From the IMG/VR virus record IMGVR_UViG_3300035661_000011, positions 1 through 64,000 of that record: a stretch of 64,000 nt of DNA, one strand, 5' to 3'. The translations under genes were made by a program, and so were the position numbers. Shown piece after piece: positions 29,773 to 40,499 of the stretch; the stretch's first letter is position 1, and the number at the start of each line of letters is the position of its first letter. The notes beneath the pieces were generated by a model. It was not told the origin of the DNA. It made no database searches and saw nothing but the letters and a program-made list of their open reading frames with translations. Origin of the DNA: a virus.

Positions 29773-31434
29773 ATGAATAATAGATATGGTAACGGTAGTT
29801 TGTTAGAAGAGAAAGACACATTCCACGACGATGCAACAATGACAAAGTTGACACTGTATTACACGCCTGCTCAACAAGAGCAGTTTCATAGACCGTTTGT
29901 GGCTAGTGGCGATGTAGATGTGTTTTATCAATGTACTGTGGGTGGCTCAAGATTACAAGCCTCACAGATTGCAAATTCAGCTGGTAAGTTTATACGTCCA
30001 GCATTTCAGCATGGTGCAAAAGTAGACATAGCGCACGGGTTTAATAACATCCGATACGCTTTCTTCTTAGAAATTACAGCCCCACTTTACGGTGCATTAG
30101 ACGGTGATGAACAAGTCGAAGTTATTTCTGGGTACACTAGTAGTGATTTTGAAGACGGCGGAATCAAAAGAAGTTTTATGAATGACGATAACGTTATCAT
30201 TTCACCAGACCTAGTGTTCTATGTGAATAACCGTATTCGTTTTTCACGACACAGTGCTCGTGGTTCTATTGCTCGTGTGAAATATGATTTAGAAGCACCG
30301 TGTATGTTAGTACACACCCAAGGTAATCGTAACACTACAATTTGCACACTTCGCCCAGAAGACGTTTTGTGTCACCAGGAAACACGTCTTGCTACCGGCT
30401 CACCACGAGTAATTAAACGCATAGATATGCGAGCTAATGTAGTCGGTACAACTGTGGCATATGCGCGATACAATTCACCAAGTCAGTATGTTTCAGATAT
30501 ACTCAGAGCACATTTACGCGCTGCTGACCCAGAGTTAAACCAAGACTCACCATACGGCAATTACCGCAACCGAGTAACAGATACAATATCTCAGTTGGCT
30601 GCTATGGATGGGGCGTGTAAGTCTGGAGCTGAATCGTTGTATTATAGATCAGTTTGTAAATCGGCTATGCATAAATCTGCACAGTTTACATTCAGTATGC
30701 TCTGTGACACATGGTCATTTAATTATGTAGACGACAGAACTGTGGTGTATGATCCAAAATCGTCAATGAGTTTAATTGACCCAATGGACACTAAACCTTG
30801 GCATGGTTCAAACGAGGAGGTCATGATAGCGTATCAACTTACGCATATCATGCCGTACATCCTAATGCAACAGCTATTAGCTGAACTCACTATCACCATA
30901 ACGAATCGCACTATGGATAACCGTGTAAATATCACAGTTTTTGATCCAATGGAAATCTCACAAGGTTTCTTTACAATAGCTCGTGAAGAATGGTTGTGTG
31001 GAGCTATTCAAATGGAAGTGGTTGAAGGTATATTGAAAAACTGTGACATTGACGATTACACAATACAAATGACATTTCGCTTGTGTACAAATAGTGACAT
31101 TCGTATATCATTAGATGGTCGTCCATTCAGTGAGTATTGTGCACCAATGTTTTGTTCATCTATATACTCCCCACAGGTTGCGACAAATCAAGATGATATA
31201 AATAATGTCTCAGATAGCATAGTCGGTATGACAGAGCTAATTAGTGGCACTAGTCATCCATATAGTTCTAGATATGGGGAGTTGCCAGAGTTTTCACCTG
31301 AACCAACTCGACTCAGCGGACAGTTCGTAGACATTCCAGACACTTGGGGTGTCCAAAATAACCGTAATGAAAAATTAAGTTTCGGAAACGCAGACGATAG
31401 TCTATGGGGTCGAATTGTAGATACACATAAGTAA
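29773..31434 (+). CDS. picA: nuclear import factor PicA/Imp1 (phiKZ gp69-like)
   Basis: Q-x-x-RPF, I-x-x-G-F...R-x-x-F-x-L, SGYT, LRPED and PMFCSSIYSP motifs; position after the gp68-like gene. Confidence 0.75.
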   Translation: MNNRYGNGSLLEEKDTFHDDATMTKLTLYYTPAQQEQFHRPFVASGDVDVFYQCTVGGSRLQASQIANSAGKFIRPAFQHGAKVDIAHGFNNIRYAFFLEITAPLYGALDGDEQVEVISGYTSSDFEDGGIKRSFMNDDNVIISPDLVFYVNNRIRFSRHSARGSIARVKYDLEAPCMLVHTQGNRNTTICTLRPEDVLCHQETRLATGSPRVIKRIDMRANVVGTTVAYARYNSPSQYVSDILRAHLRAADPELNQDSPYGNYRNRVTDTISQLAAMDGACKSGAESLYYRSVCKSAMHKSAQFTFSMLCDTWSFNYVDDRTVVYDPKSSMSLIDPMDTKPWHGSNEEVMIAYQLTHIMPYILMQQLLAELTITITNRTMDNRVNITVFDPMEISQGFFTIAREEWLCGAIQMEVVEGILKNCDIDDYTIQMTFRLCTNSDIRISLDGRPFSEYCAPMFCSSIYSPQVATNQDDINNVSDSIVGMTELISGTSHPYSSRYGELPEFSPEPTRLSGQFVDIPDTWGVQNNRNEKLSFGNADDSLWGRIVDTHK

Positions 31435-31446
31435 TAAGGTAAACAT

Positions 31447-32712
31447 ATGACAACAATATTATCACTCTATAAAGCAATTCTACATTCCGTAGATTGCGCC
31501 GTAGATCATTCTCCGGATTTTACAATTCGGTTTAAACTTAACAAAGTTAATGAACTGATACATTCTAAATCGGGTAAAATCCTAATCCTACCAACAAAAG
31601 AACTGTTGGATTCTAATACAGATTGGGAAAAATACATTGCATTCCATCCAGCGTGTGAAAGTATCCTTGGTGGTCAATCTGAAATATTAAATGTTCTTTT
31701 GGATTTAATCAATTCAAAGATATATCGTACAATGATTGATACAGCTGCAACCATTGTATCCCTAGCACAAAAGGAAGAGTTGCGAAGTTCTTTATCGTTA
31801 GCACAAAGTGAACTCACTGCGATGTTTAACTTTAATAAAGCGGCATACACTTTACTAGGACAAGTAGCAAAAAAGAACACCCAGTTTACTGGCGAGTTTC
31901 CACTAGTGTCAATTCGTTTAGATAGAGGTGGTACAATTGGTGATGTTAAGTATTCACGTCTATGTACAATAATTCCACATTTTAATTTGAATGAAAAATC
32001 AATCTGTGGATGTACAACTAGTAGTAAGTCAGCGTTGACATCAGTCAAAGAATTGTTTGCACACTTATTACCGGACCAATTGGTGTTTGGTACTAATAGT
32101 AAACATCAGCCGTATCTAACTGCGTTATTGGAGGGCTTTTATCGTGCAGCACAGAAGTTAAATTCTATAAACAAAATCTTAGGTAAATATACTGAGGTTC
32201 CACAGATTAACATAACGTGGCACGATGACATTTCCGAACTACAAACGTTGTATAAGCAGGGGTTACCGCAGTCATTAGCTGGCAATTTAGGTGATGTAAT
32301 AAGTACCACTAAACCACAACCTAAGTCTGTAGAGAAGGAAGAGTATCAACTTCCGACTGCACCAGTTTTACTACAAGAAAGAGTTTCAAAAGAACCACCA
32401 CCGTGGGACAGTGATAAGGAAGTTACAACTGTTATTTCGGAAGCACCTAGTTTAAACACAAGTCCATTTGGGTTAACATTCTCTAAAACAGAAACCCCAT
32501 TAACTTCACGTCAACCTAACCAAAATTATCGTCAAGAAGTTCGGCATAGTGACCGCGTAGAACCTAGACGACCATTACCAAACTTTAACAACTTAAATTT
32601 ATCAACCAATCAAAGTTCACGTACAACCATTCAACCTGGTTCTAACTATGGAGCACCACCGCCATTTGTGTTAGGTGGCGGAACACTTCCGTTAGGTAGA
32701 CGTAGAGGGTAA
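31447..32712 (+). CDS. conserved phiKZ gp70-like protein
   Basis: LILPTKE, AFHPACES and long Pro/Ser-rich tail; synteny. Confidence 0.7.
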   Translation: MTTILSLYKAILHSVDCAVDHSPDFTIRFKLNKVNELIHSKSGKILILPTKELLDSNTDWEKYIAFHPACESILGGQSEILNVLLDLINSKIYRTMIDTAATIVSLAQKEELRSSLSLAQSELTAMFNFNKAAYTLLGQVAKKNTQFTGEFPLVSIRLDRGGTIGDVKYSRLCTIIPHFNLNEKSICGCTTSSKSALTSVKELFAHLLPDQLVFGTNSKHQPYLTALLEGFYRAAQKLNSINKILGKYTEVPQINITWHDDISELQTLYKQGLPQSLAGNLGDVISTTKPQPKSVEKEEYQLPTAPVLLQERVSKEPPPWDSDKEVTTVISEAPSLNTSPFGLTFSKTETPLTSRQPNQNYRQEVRHSDRVEPRRPLPNFNNLNLSTNQSSRTTIQPGSNYGAPPPFVLGGGTLPLGRRRG

Positions 32713-32717
32713 CACTC

Positions 32718-32751
32718 AGTCGGGTAGGTGACAATTGTCACCTACCCGACT
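32718..32751. terminator. 34-bp perfect palindrome between convergent genes
   Basis: agtcgggtaggtgacaa|ttgtcacctacccgact. Confidence 0.8.
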
Positions 32752-32756
32752 TACAG

Positions 32757-33128
32757 TTATATGGTTGTGGAGTTTAAATATCTCCGTAACAGTTGTTCAA
32801 TTTCACTTCTACTAGGTAGTGTAACATAACCAAGTGTACCAGTGTAATCCAGTGGTGAATTTAAATGGTTAACACGCATAACTACCCAGAGTATATCTTG
32901 AGCAATACCAAATTCGTTATATAGTAGATTGTAAAAATCACCACAGTAACTATGTTCTTTTTTTGGGTCAATTGGTAACCGTTTTGTACTAGGTAATATT
33001 CTTAAAAGATTAAGGTGGTTTTCTATTAAATTCCTAAACCCAACACTGTACATATTAGTGTCCCCAGGGTGTATTTGTAAATCGCTAACGGATAAAGTTA
33101 GTAGTTTATTTGGTACGATGATGTTCAT
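32757..33128 (-). CDS. LysM/gp53-like small baseplate protein (putative)
   Basis: GDFYNLL...LWVVMRVNHLNSPLDY...LP pattern; ATG 33128 preferred because longer starts run into the opposing promoter. Confidence 0.55.
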   Translation of the reverse strand: MNIIVPNKLLTLSVSDLQIHPGDTNMYSVGFRNLIENHLNLLRILPSTKRLPIDPKKEHSYCGDFYNLLYNEFGIAQDILWVVMRVNHLNSPLDYTGTLGYVTLPSRSEIEQLLRRYLNSTTI

Positions 33129-33154
33129 TATTAACACTCGTTTTAAAGGTAAAC

Positions 33155-33165
33155 ATATATTATCT
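33155..33165 (+). promoter_or_regulatory. ATATATTATCT promoter of the nvRNAP beta/beta' genes
   Basis: aaacATATATTATCTaa, followed by hairpin gatacac-acag-gtgtatc. Confidence 0.75.
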
Positions 33166-33212
33166 AAATGATACACACAGGTGTATCTAAACATTTTTAA
33201 CTGAGGTAGAAA

Positions 33213-35360
33213 ATGAGTAAAGTTCTTGTAGAAGAAGATGTAGAAAGCGCAGAGGTGGAAACCCTAATCCGTGAATTCTTTGAGGTTAAAAATTCATTAG
33301 TTGGATTAATCTCTTTAATTAACCCATTTGCAATATACAATAGTAGCCCACGTTTAGCTATGTTGCATAATCATATTCGACAGGCTCCACCTGTTTTAAA
33401 ACCAGACATACCATTGATATTAAATGGTAATGAAACCCAACTAGTAGCGTACGATATACGTATGCCTGAGGACGGAGTTATCGTATCGATACATAGGAAG
33501 TATCGTAAGACTTTTGATTCATCTAGTGTTAAAAACAACCCACTGATAACAGTTGTGTATCAAAACTTTCATACGAATGAATACGATTGTGTACATATAC
33601 ACGAGTTTAATACAAATCACAAAACCTATGGTGCTAGATACATACTGCAACCTATTGTCGCAACATTGCATGAGGGTATGAGTATAAAGAAAGGTACTCT
33701 CTTTGCAAGAAGTCCATCGAAGTTAGAGGGGGATATTTACTCAACTAGTGTAACGTGTAATGTATTAGCGGTTGGTAGCCCAGATACAATTGAAGATGGT
33801 TTTTGTGCATCTGATAGTTTCTGTGAGAGAGCTGGGTTGTTAGAGTTAAAATCTATTACTCGGTCGTGGGGTAAGTTTAAATATTTGTTAAATACACATT
33901 CTAAAGACCCAAAGGTATTTAAGGGGCTATTGGACATCGGTGACACAGTTGGAACAGATGGTATCCTAATGGCGTTTCGAACCAAGAACGCGTTATTTGA
34001 TGCCTTAGATGTCACGAATGAAGCGTTGATGGAAATAGATCACGACCACGACACAAAAGTGCACTGCGAACCAGGGTTTATTGTTTACGATATTACTATT
34101 GAAAGTGGTAATGGCGAAACAACAAGTAAACCAACAACACCTAAAAACATAGCCGAACAGTCTGAAAAGTACATTGGCGGCCTGAGTGCATATTACACTA
34201 GCCTATTAGAGTCCCATGATAAATTATCTAAAGACCCCCAAGGTCGTATTATCAAGAACGTAGTATTCTCCCCAAGGTTAACACAGTTATTAACTCGTGC
34301 AATTGCAGACAAACCAAACGCCCCAGCTAATAAAGTTGCCGCAGGTGGTAGAGTCCGTAGAGCTAGAAAGAAAGAAAAACTTGATGAGTATACAGTTACC
34401 ATTAAACTGTATAAACCAAAACCATTAGGCATGGGTGCAAAGTTAACAGACCTTTCAGGTGGAAAAGGTGTTATATGTAACATACGCCCCCGTAGTGAAA
34501 TGCCTAGGGATGAAGCTGGAAACATAGCTGATTTACTGTATTATTACAGAGCTGGTGTTGCTAGATTAAATAGTGGTGGTTTAGTTGAGGGTTATATAGG
34601 AGCTAGTATCCGCGATATATCTTTTGAAATAAAAGATATGTATAACGGGGTTCCAATAACAGGGGAATGGAATGGTAAACATCAGGTTGCTTGGGATAGA
34701 ATAGTTTCATTCTACGAACAATCTTCTCCAATGTCGTACGGGTGGTCACAGTCTCCAGAGTTAACAAACGTAGACCGAATGTATCACCTAAACACAATCA
34801 TCGAAACTACCGCTAGAATAATGTTTCCATTGGATAACCCTAAAAATGGAATTGGTATTATTGATGACATAGGTGGTGTAATAGAACCTACATTTGGAAC
34901 CATTTACTTTACTGATTTCTTAGGTAGAGAAGTGCCACTTAAAATGAAAGGGATGATACAAGTAAAACAGATTATAATCTTGGAGAAAACAAAGTTAGAC
35001 CCTATGGCTGTGAGTGGTGCTATACGGCAGATTCACGGTTTACCATCTGGTGCAAATAAAAACACTAGGGATTCTAGAGCATATAAAGTTCATGCACTTA
35101 GAAACCTTTCTGAAACTGAAGTCAGATTCTTAGCTGCTGTATGGGGTGGGGAGTTGGTAGCGCAATATATCGCGTTGACAAATGACCCCGAGGCACATAA
35201 GCGACTAGTTAAAGAAATATTAGAGTCGGAAAACCCTATGAAGCTAAGAGACGTTCCATCTGATATTGAAATGTCAAGGGCTGTAAAGTTAGTAAAAGAC
35301 GTTCTACTTAATTACGGAGTAGAAATTGTTTCTGGTAAATTACACAATGGAGATCGATAA
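33213..35360 (+). CDS. non-virion RNA polymerase beta C-terminal subunit (phiKZ gp71/73-like)
   Basis: SSPRLAM...RQA, TIEDG, GAKLTDLSGGKGVI and ETEVR motifs; uninterrupted. Confidence 0.92.
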   Translation: MSKVLVEEDVESAEVETLIREFFEVKNSLVGLISLINPFAIYNSSPRLAMLHNHIRQAPPVLKPDIPLILNGNETQLVAYDIRMPEDGVIVSIHRKYRKTFDSSSVKNNPLITVVYQNFHTNEYDCVHIHEFNTNHKTYGARYILQPIVATLHEGMSIKKGTLFARSPSKLEGDIYSTSVTCNVLAVGSPDTIEDGFCASDSFCERAGLLELKSITRSWGKFKYLLNTHSKDPKVFKGLLDIGDTVGTDGILMAFRTKNALFDALDVTNEALMEIDHDHDTKVHCEPGFIVYDITIESGNGETTSKPTTPKNIAEQSEKYIGGLSAYYTSLLESHDKLSKDPQGRIIKNVVFSPRLTQLLTRAIADKPNAPANKVAAGGRVRRARKKEKLDEYTVTIKLYKPKPLGMGAKLTDLSGGKGVICNIRPRSEMPRDEAGNIADLLYYYRAGVARLNSGGLVEGYIGASIRDISFEIKDMYNGVPITGEWNGKHQVAWDRIVSFYEQSSPMSYGWSQSPELTNVDRMYHLNTIIETTARIMFPLDNPKNGIGIIDDIGGVIEPTFGTIYFTDFLGREVPLKMKGMIQVKQIIILEKTKLDPMAVSGAIRQIHGLPSGANKNTRDSRAYKVHALRNLSETEVRFLAAVWGGELVAQYIALTNDPEAHKRLVKEILESENPMKLRDVPSDIEMSRAVKLVKDVLLNYGVEIVSGKLHNGDR

Positions 35361-37387
35361 TGGAACATGAAGTGTTAGACGCTAGTACGTTAGTGTATAG
35401 GTTTTCACAAATAGACATTTGGAGTTTACCAAGTGATTGGTATAATGTCCAGTTTCAGGATAAGTTATGTTTGATGCACAAGAATCAACTAATCGGTTCA
35501 TGGTATTATTGGGAGTTGTTTAGACACTTCCCTGAAATACCAATTAAAAGTGAATCTGCTGTTACAGAGTTTTATACTGGGGGTACACATTTACGAACTC
35601 TAGGGTTTATACATTGGGATATATTCTTTACTTTATTGGAAACACACAGCGTTAGTGTTTGGGAAATCTCAGGTGTTGCCTGTGAGGTGTCAAACTCAAT
35701 ATTCAATGTGACATGCGTTGAGTTTGTCGAGTATATGCCACTTGGTTCGATTCACGATATAGTCGGTATATTAAAACACCCTCGTGTTGTGGAAGCTAAG
35801 AAGCAGTATAAGAAAGCAGCCACCGAATCAAGATACGATGAACACATTACATCTAAAGCAATGGTAGCGTTGGATAACGTATTACGTGATGTTTTATATC
35901 GTAGTCCGGAGTTGTTGCCTGATAATGCAATTAAACGGTTAGCTACATTAGGTTTATGTAATGAAAACCAACTTTTACAGTTAGTTGGTATGCGTGGGTA
36001 TGTTAAAGACGTAGACGATGGAGTATTTCCATTTCCTGTTGAGACAGCTTATGCTGAGGGGTTTCGGGACTTATATGAAATTGCTTGTGAAAGTAGAGAT
36101 GCAGCTAATGCAAAACGTATGCAAGAAGCACCTTTACAACTATCTGAGTATTTCAATAGAAAAAATCAGCTGAACGCCTGTGTGGTTACAGAAGTAACTG
36201 ATAGAGTCCAATACGCACCACTAACGGCAGGTGGATGTACTGGGTTCATAACAGTTCCAAGTTTAATAACAGAAACAGATGTATCTTCTGTTATTGGAAA
36301 ATTTCATATGGTTGACGATAAACCAGAATTACTTTGGTATGACAATGTGCAACAATATGTAGGGAAGATAGTACAGTTCCGATCTATGACTGGTTGTGGC
36401 TCAGTAAATCCACAACACGTTTGTCACATTTGTTTAGGGTGGAGTTCTTTAATCCAACCACCGGGTGTAAATGTTGGGTACAAGATTGCCTCAGAGTCTG
36501 GTAAGATTATGACTAGTCGTATTCTTGGAACTAAACACTCCACAAAGTCTTCAACTAGTACGAAGATGGTATTGGATAAAGTGTCTGATAGATGGTTACA
36601 GGTTAAACACAATGTCCCCGGTGTAATATTTATGAGACCAGAACACACCAAAACCGTTGTACAACTACGCATACCATTAAAATATGCAAAGTTACTTAAT
36701 CAAATACAACATATCAATGTGTTAGAGTTATCCCCAACTACCATTACAAAAATCCCACAAATGCAAATTGCGATAGTGGATAGTGATGGAAATGTATTGG
36801 GTAACTACGACACTTTAAAGTTACAGATTGGTGGTGTTGGTGTGTCACTTACAACTGACGTTTTACATTACATTAAAGAACATGGGTATCGCATTAATAA
36901 ATCTTTTATTGAGATAGACCTAGATAAATGGAAAATAAAAAGTCCTTTGTTTATCACTCCTAATAAGGGTAAAAATGTGATGACTTTGTTTAACGATATT
37001 AAAGCTTATTTGGAGGGTAGTAGTACGGCTAAAGATAAGGCTAGAGTTTCTAATTGTAGAACTAGAGCTGAAGCTATAAATGAATTAGTTGAGATTATGA
37101 AAGATGGTATGGGTGGTGATGGTGAATTTAATCTAGTGCACATTGAGGTGTTAATTAAAGGGCTGATGGTGATAGACAATGACAACCCTAAAGATTTTAG
37201 TATGCCAATGCCACACGATAACATACGTTTTGATAGTACACTTAATGTGATTTCAGGACGCTCACTCGGAGGTATGTTAGCTATGCAGAAGCAGTTTGAA
37301 CATATTCATAACTTACAATTCCTTAAACCTAACCAAACAATACACCATATGATGAGTCCTCTCATCGGAGGTATACGCAACCATTAA
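35360..37387 (+). CDS. non-virion RNA polymerase beta' C-terminal subunit (phiKZ gp74-like)
   Basis: QLVGMRG, bridge-helix SEYFNRK, Zn site RSMTGC...VCHICLG, trigger-loop ILGTKH. Confidence 0.9.
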   Translation: MEHEVLDASTLVYRFSQIDIWSLPSDWYNVQFQDKLCLMHKNQLIGSWYYWELFRHFPEIPIKSESAVTEFYTGGTHLRTLGFIHWDIFFTLLETHSVSVWEISGVACEVSNSIFNVTCVEFVEYMPLGSIHDIVGILKHPRVVEAKKQYKKAATESRYDEHITSKAMVALDNVLRDVLYRSPELLPDNAIKRLATLGLCNENQLLQLVGMRGYVKDVDDGVFPFPVETAYAEGFRDLYEIACESRDAANAKRMQEAPLQLSEYFNRKNQLNACVVTEVTDRVQYAPLTAGGCTGFITVPSLITETDVSSVIGKFHMVDDKPELLWYDNVQQYVGKIVQFRSMTGCGSVNPQHVCHICLGWSSLIQPPGVNVGYKIASESGKIMTSRILGTKHSTKSSTSTKMVLDKVSDRWLQVKHNVPGVIFMRPEHTKTVVQLRIPLKYAKLLNQIQHINVLELSPTTITKIPQMQIAIVDSDGNVLGNYDTLKLQIGGVGVSLTTDVLHYIKEHGYRINKSFIEIDLDKWKIKSPLFITPNKGKNVMTLFNDIKAYLEGSSTAKDKARVSNCRTRAEAINELVEIMKDGMGGDGEFNLVHIEVLIKGLMVIDNDNPKDFSMPMPHDNIRFDSTLNVISGRSLGGMLAMQKQFEHIHNLQFLKPNQTIHHMMSPLIGGIRNH

Positions 37388-37445
37388 AAGGCGACAACAG
37401 ATGACCTGTAACGTTACAGGTCATCTGTGTTATAAGGTGAAACAC

Positions 37446-40031
37446 ATGCGTTTTAAATTAATAATGCGGAACCACGGGTTTACCGTAACGGCATTTAGTA
37501 ACATTGACATAGCGACACTAGAGGATTTTAATATGAAATACACATCAACAAAAACAGCGTACAATCCACACTCAAAACAAACGTATGTAGTCCCTGACAA
37601 ATGTTACGTCATAGAGATGTTTACACCTGGTACATTTGGGTATCATAGTAATTTATATGACCAATTGATGTCATATTTAATAAAAGGGACTGTTACTTTA
37701 GACGACTTTGAGATAGAGCAAAATGTTAGCTACATACCAGCGAAATCCAGATTGGACTTTAAAGTAGACGAGTTTCCTTTGCGTGGACAACAACCGTTAG
37801 TGGTTAATCACATATGTAGCAGTGATGGGATTCTTTTGAGGACCGCTGTAATACCGGCTCAGACAGGTATGGGCAAGTGTCAACCGTTATATAGTTTAAT
37901 AAAAACCCCCACTGGTTGGGAAATGATGGGAGATATACAAATTGGAGATAGTGTAACAGCAAAAGATGGAACTGTAACGGAAGTAACAGGTGTGTACCCA
38001 CAAGGTATAAAAGATGTTTATGAGATAACATTTGCCGATGGTAGAAGCACTAAATGTGGGGCTGAGCATTTGTGGAAAGTGTTTTATATAGACACAACAG
38101 TTGCTCGCAGATGGCAAGTCGTTAACACACTTGAAGTAATTAGGTTAATATCTATGCCTAACCCAAGGGTGTATATAGACTTAATCGATTCAGAGGATTG
38201 CGTAGATATACATTTACCTATGGAACCTTATATACTTGGGTGTTTTTTATGCGATGGACACAGTGGTAAAAACTATTCGAATATAACTACACCGGATGAG
38301 TTTATAGTTGAAGAGATATCACGACTGTTACCGCCAGAACTTAAGTTAGTTCGAGATAACCAAACTGACAGGTACCCATCATATAAGTTTAGCTCAGCTA
38401 AAGCAAACGATACCTCGAATGACTTTAATAAAGCATTAAAAACATTTGGTTTATATAGACATCTAAGTTTTATGAAGTTTATACCAAAGGTTTATTTACG
38501 TGCATCCAGAGAACAACGTTTAGCTATACTACAAGGGCTATTAGATACTGATGGAACTGTAACTTCACATGGTACTGTGTCATATAGCACAACTAGTGAA
38601 CAGTTAGCAAAAGATGTACAGTATTTAGTTAGATCCTTAGGTGGCATAGCGTCCATAAAAAGTCGTTATACAAACTACACATATTTAAACGTTATAAAAC
38701 AAGGGAGAAACAGTTACAATGTAAATATCAGACATAAAGAACAAAGTATGTTATTTAGGTTACCAAGAAAAAAAATACTAATGAATGATAATAATCAATA
38801 TGCTAAAACATTAAAGTTAAGGGTTAAGTGTGTAAAGTTTGTTGGTAGAGAAGAAACTCAGTGCATTTCAATAAGTCATCCAGACCACCTATATGTAACT
38901 GATGATTTTATAGTTACACATAACACAGCAAGTTCACTATATTCGGTGTATTTACTTAAAGTTAGAGTGTCGTTAAGTATGTCTAAGGGGTATATGCAAT
39001 CTTGGATTGATGACTTAGCTAAGTTTTTTCATAATGACACTAGTCAGTATTTAGTGGTTGATAGTGGTACTAAGTTTCGCAAAATAATTGAAGACGCAAA
39101 AAATGACAAATTACAAAATCTCAATATAATTATTTTTTCCTTAGATATTCTACGTGCCTATTTTAAAGAGTTTGAATTGACAGGTGAAAGTAGTTATGGG
39201 TGTTTACCGGAAAACCTATACCAGCTATTGGGCGTAGGTATACGAATTTCAGACGAAGCCCATGAGGATATACACTTCCAATTTAGACACGATATACACA
39301 CTCATGTAAACAAGTCTGTATATCTGTCAGCCACAATTGAATCATTAGACCCTTTTACAAACTTATTATATTCGATACTGTACCCTAAAAACTCTAGGTT
39401 ACTCGGGTTGATATGGGAAAAATACATTATCGGTGTATCGCTTGGGTATTCTTTACGTGAACCAAGAAGAGCTCAGTACACCGGAGCAAAGGGGTATTCT
39501 CACACTAGGTTTGAGAAGTGGATAATGAGTAATCGAACTGTAAGAGAAAATTATTTTAGAATGATTCTTTTCTTTATGGAAAGAGGTTTTGTTAGAAATT
39601 ATAACGTGGGCCACAAGTTGCTAGTTTATATGGCGACTATAAAAATGTGTGATAAGTTTACTGAATATGTTAGGAAGAATATTACAAATAAAACTTTGCG
39701 TATATCATCCTTTACAGGAACTGATGAAGCATTAGTTTTAACAGAAAACGATATACTGATTTCCACACCTATAAAAAGTGGTACTGGTAGAAATATATTG
39801 GGGTTGGTAGCAGTCGTATCAACCGTGGCTATTCAGTCAATACAAACCGTCACACAGATGTCTGGAAGAATTAGACAAATCGATAAGTTGTTTCCTGGTG
39901 TTGAACCAACATTTTACGATTTAGTGTGTACATCTATCCCAAAACACATGTCGTATTACCAGACAAAACAAGAACTATTTAAACGACAATTCTTACGACA
40001 GTCCACACATAACACCAATTTTGAAATATAA
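37446..40031 (+). CDS. SF2 DEAH helicase (phiKZ gp75-like), intein-containing
   Basis: Walker A QTGMGK|T split by the intein, DEAH, SAT, QMSGRIR; SD AAGGTG favours ATG 37446. Confidence 0.9.
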   Translation: MRFKLIMRNHGFTVTAFSNIDIATLEDFNMKYTSTKTAYNPHSKQTYVVPDKCYVIEMFTPGTFGYHSNLYDQLMSYLIKGTVTLDDFEIEQNVSYIPAKSRLDFKVDEFPLRGQQPLVVNHICSSDGILLRTAVIPAQTGMGKCQPLYSLIKTPTGWEMMGDIQIGDSVTAKDGTVTEVTGVYPQGIKDVYEITFADGRSTKCGAEHLWKVFYIDTTVARRWQVVNTLEVIRLISMPNPRVYIDLIDSEDCVDIHLPMEPYILGCFLCDGHSGKNYSNITTPDEFIVEEISRLLPPELKLVRDNQTDRYPSYKFSSAKANDTSNDFNKALKTFGLYRHLSFMKFIPKVYLRASREQRLAILQGLLDTDGTVTSHGTVSYSTTSEQLAKDVQYLVRSLGGIASIKSRYTNYTYLNVIKQGRNSYNVNIRHKEQSMLFRLPRKKILMNDNNQYAKTLKLRVKCVKFVGREETQCISISHPDHLYVTDDFIVTHNTASSLYSVYLLKVRVSLSMSKGYMQSWIDDLAKFFHNDTSQYLVVDSGTKFRKIIEDAKNDKLQNLNIIIFSLDILRAYFKEFELTGESSYGCLPENLYQLLGVGIRISDEAHEDIHFQFRHDIHTHVNKSVYLSATIESLDPFTNLLYSILYPKNSRLLGLIWEKYIIGVSLGYSLREPRRAQYTGAKGYSHTRFEKWIMSNRTVRENYFRMILFFMERGFVRNYNVGHKLLVYMATIKMCDKFTEYVRKNITNKTLRISSFTGTDEALVLTENDILISTPIKSGTGRNILGLVAVVSTVAIQSIQTVTQMSGRIRQIDKLFPGVEPTFYDLVCTSIPKHMSYYQTKQELFKRQFLRQSTHNTNFEI
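37878..38924 (+). mobile_element. 349-aa intein with LAGLIDADG homing endonuclease
   Basis: Begins CQPLYS, block B CGAEHLW, LAGLIDADG helices YILGCFLCDG and ILQGLLDTDG, ends VTHN followed by Thr. Confidence 0.95.
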
Positions 40032-40073
40032 CGGTATAGCAGAGTGCATTTCCAGTTGGAAATGCACTCATGC

Positions 40074-40084
40074 ATATATTATCT
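40074..40084 (+). promoter_or_regulatory. ATATATTATCT promoter of the paralogue array
   Basis: Exact motif just after palindrome 40042-40069. Confidence 0.7.
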
Positions 40085-40100
40085 CTCTGGAGGAACTACA

Positions 40101-40499
40101 ATGAATGACGAAATACTTGAAATTATATTACCGTTCACGATTCATACGACTAACAAATATCAAACGCGTGAAGTACTAGAGGAGTTGTTTCCTGGAGTAC
40201 TAATTAAAATATACACAGGTAATGCTTCTGAAATAACAAACTGTATACTTGGTAGAACTGTGCGTGTGGTGGATAGTAAAACATTTGAAGTTGATAGCGA
40301 AATGGATTCTCAACTTACAGGAGTTGTAAATTTTCTTGAATGTGAACTGTTACCCTATGGGTTAGATCCAAATGTAAGTAAAGTTTTAGAAACATATGTA
40401 CCGTTTAGAGCAAAGTTTTTAAATAGCACAGGGGTAGCAGTAAAATGCCAGAAACGACGAGACGAAAACACAAGACTGCTACCTTTACTACTGGGGTGA
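40101..40499 (+). CDS. tandem paralogue 1, hypothetical
   Basis: SD GGAGG, ATG 40101; N-terminal LEIILP, C-terminal hairpin FLNSTGVAVK. Confidence 0.72.
   Translation: MNDEILEIILPFTIHTTNKYQTREVLEELFPGVLIKIYTGNASEITNCILGRTVRVVDSKTFEVDSEMDSQLTGVVNFLECELLPYGLDPNVSKVLETYVPFRAKFLNSTGVAVKCQKRRDENTRLLPLLLG

Noticed and set aside
37401-37445. Longest-ORF starts at 37401 (also 864, 6600, 33194, 40044, 45239, 49244)
   Set aside because: They overlap palindromes, promoters or upstream genes; downstream starts fit SD sequences or family N-termini better.
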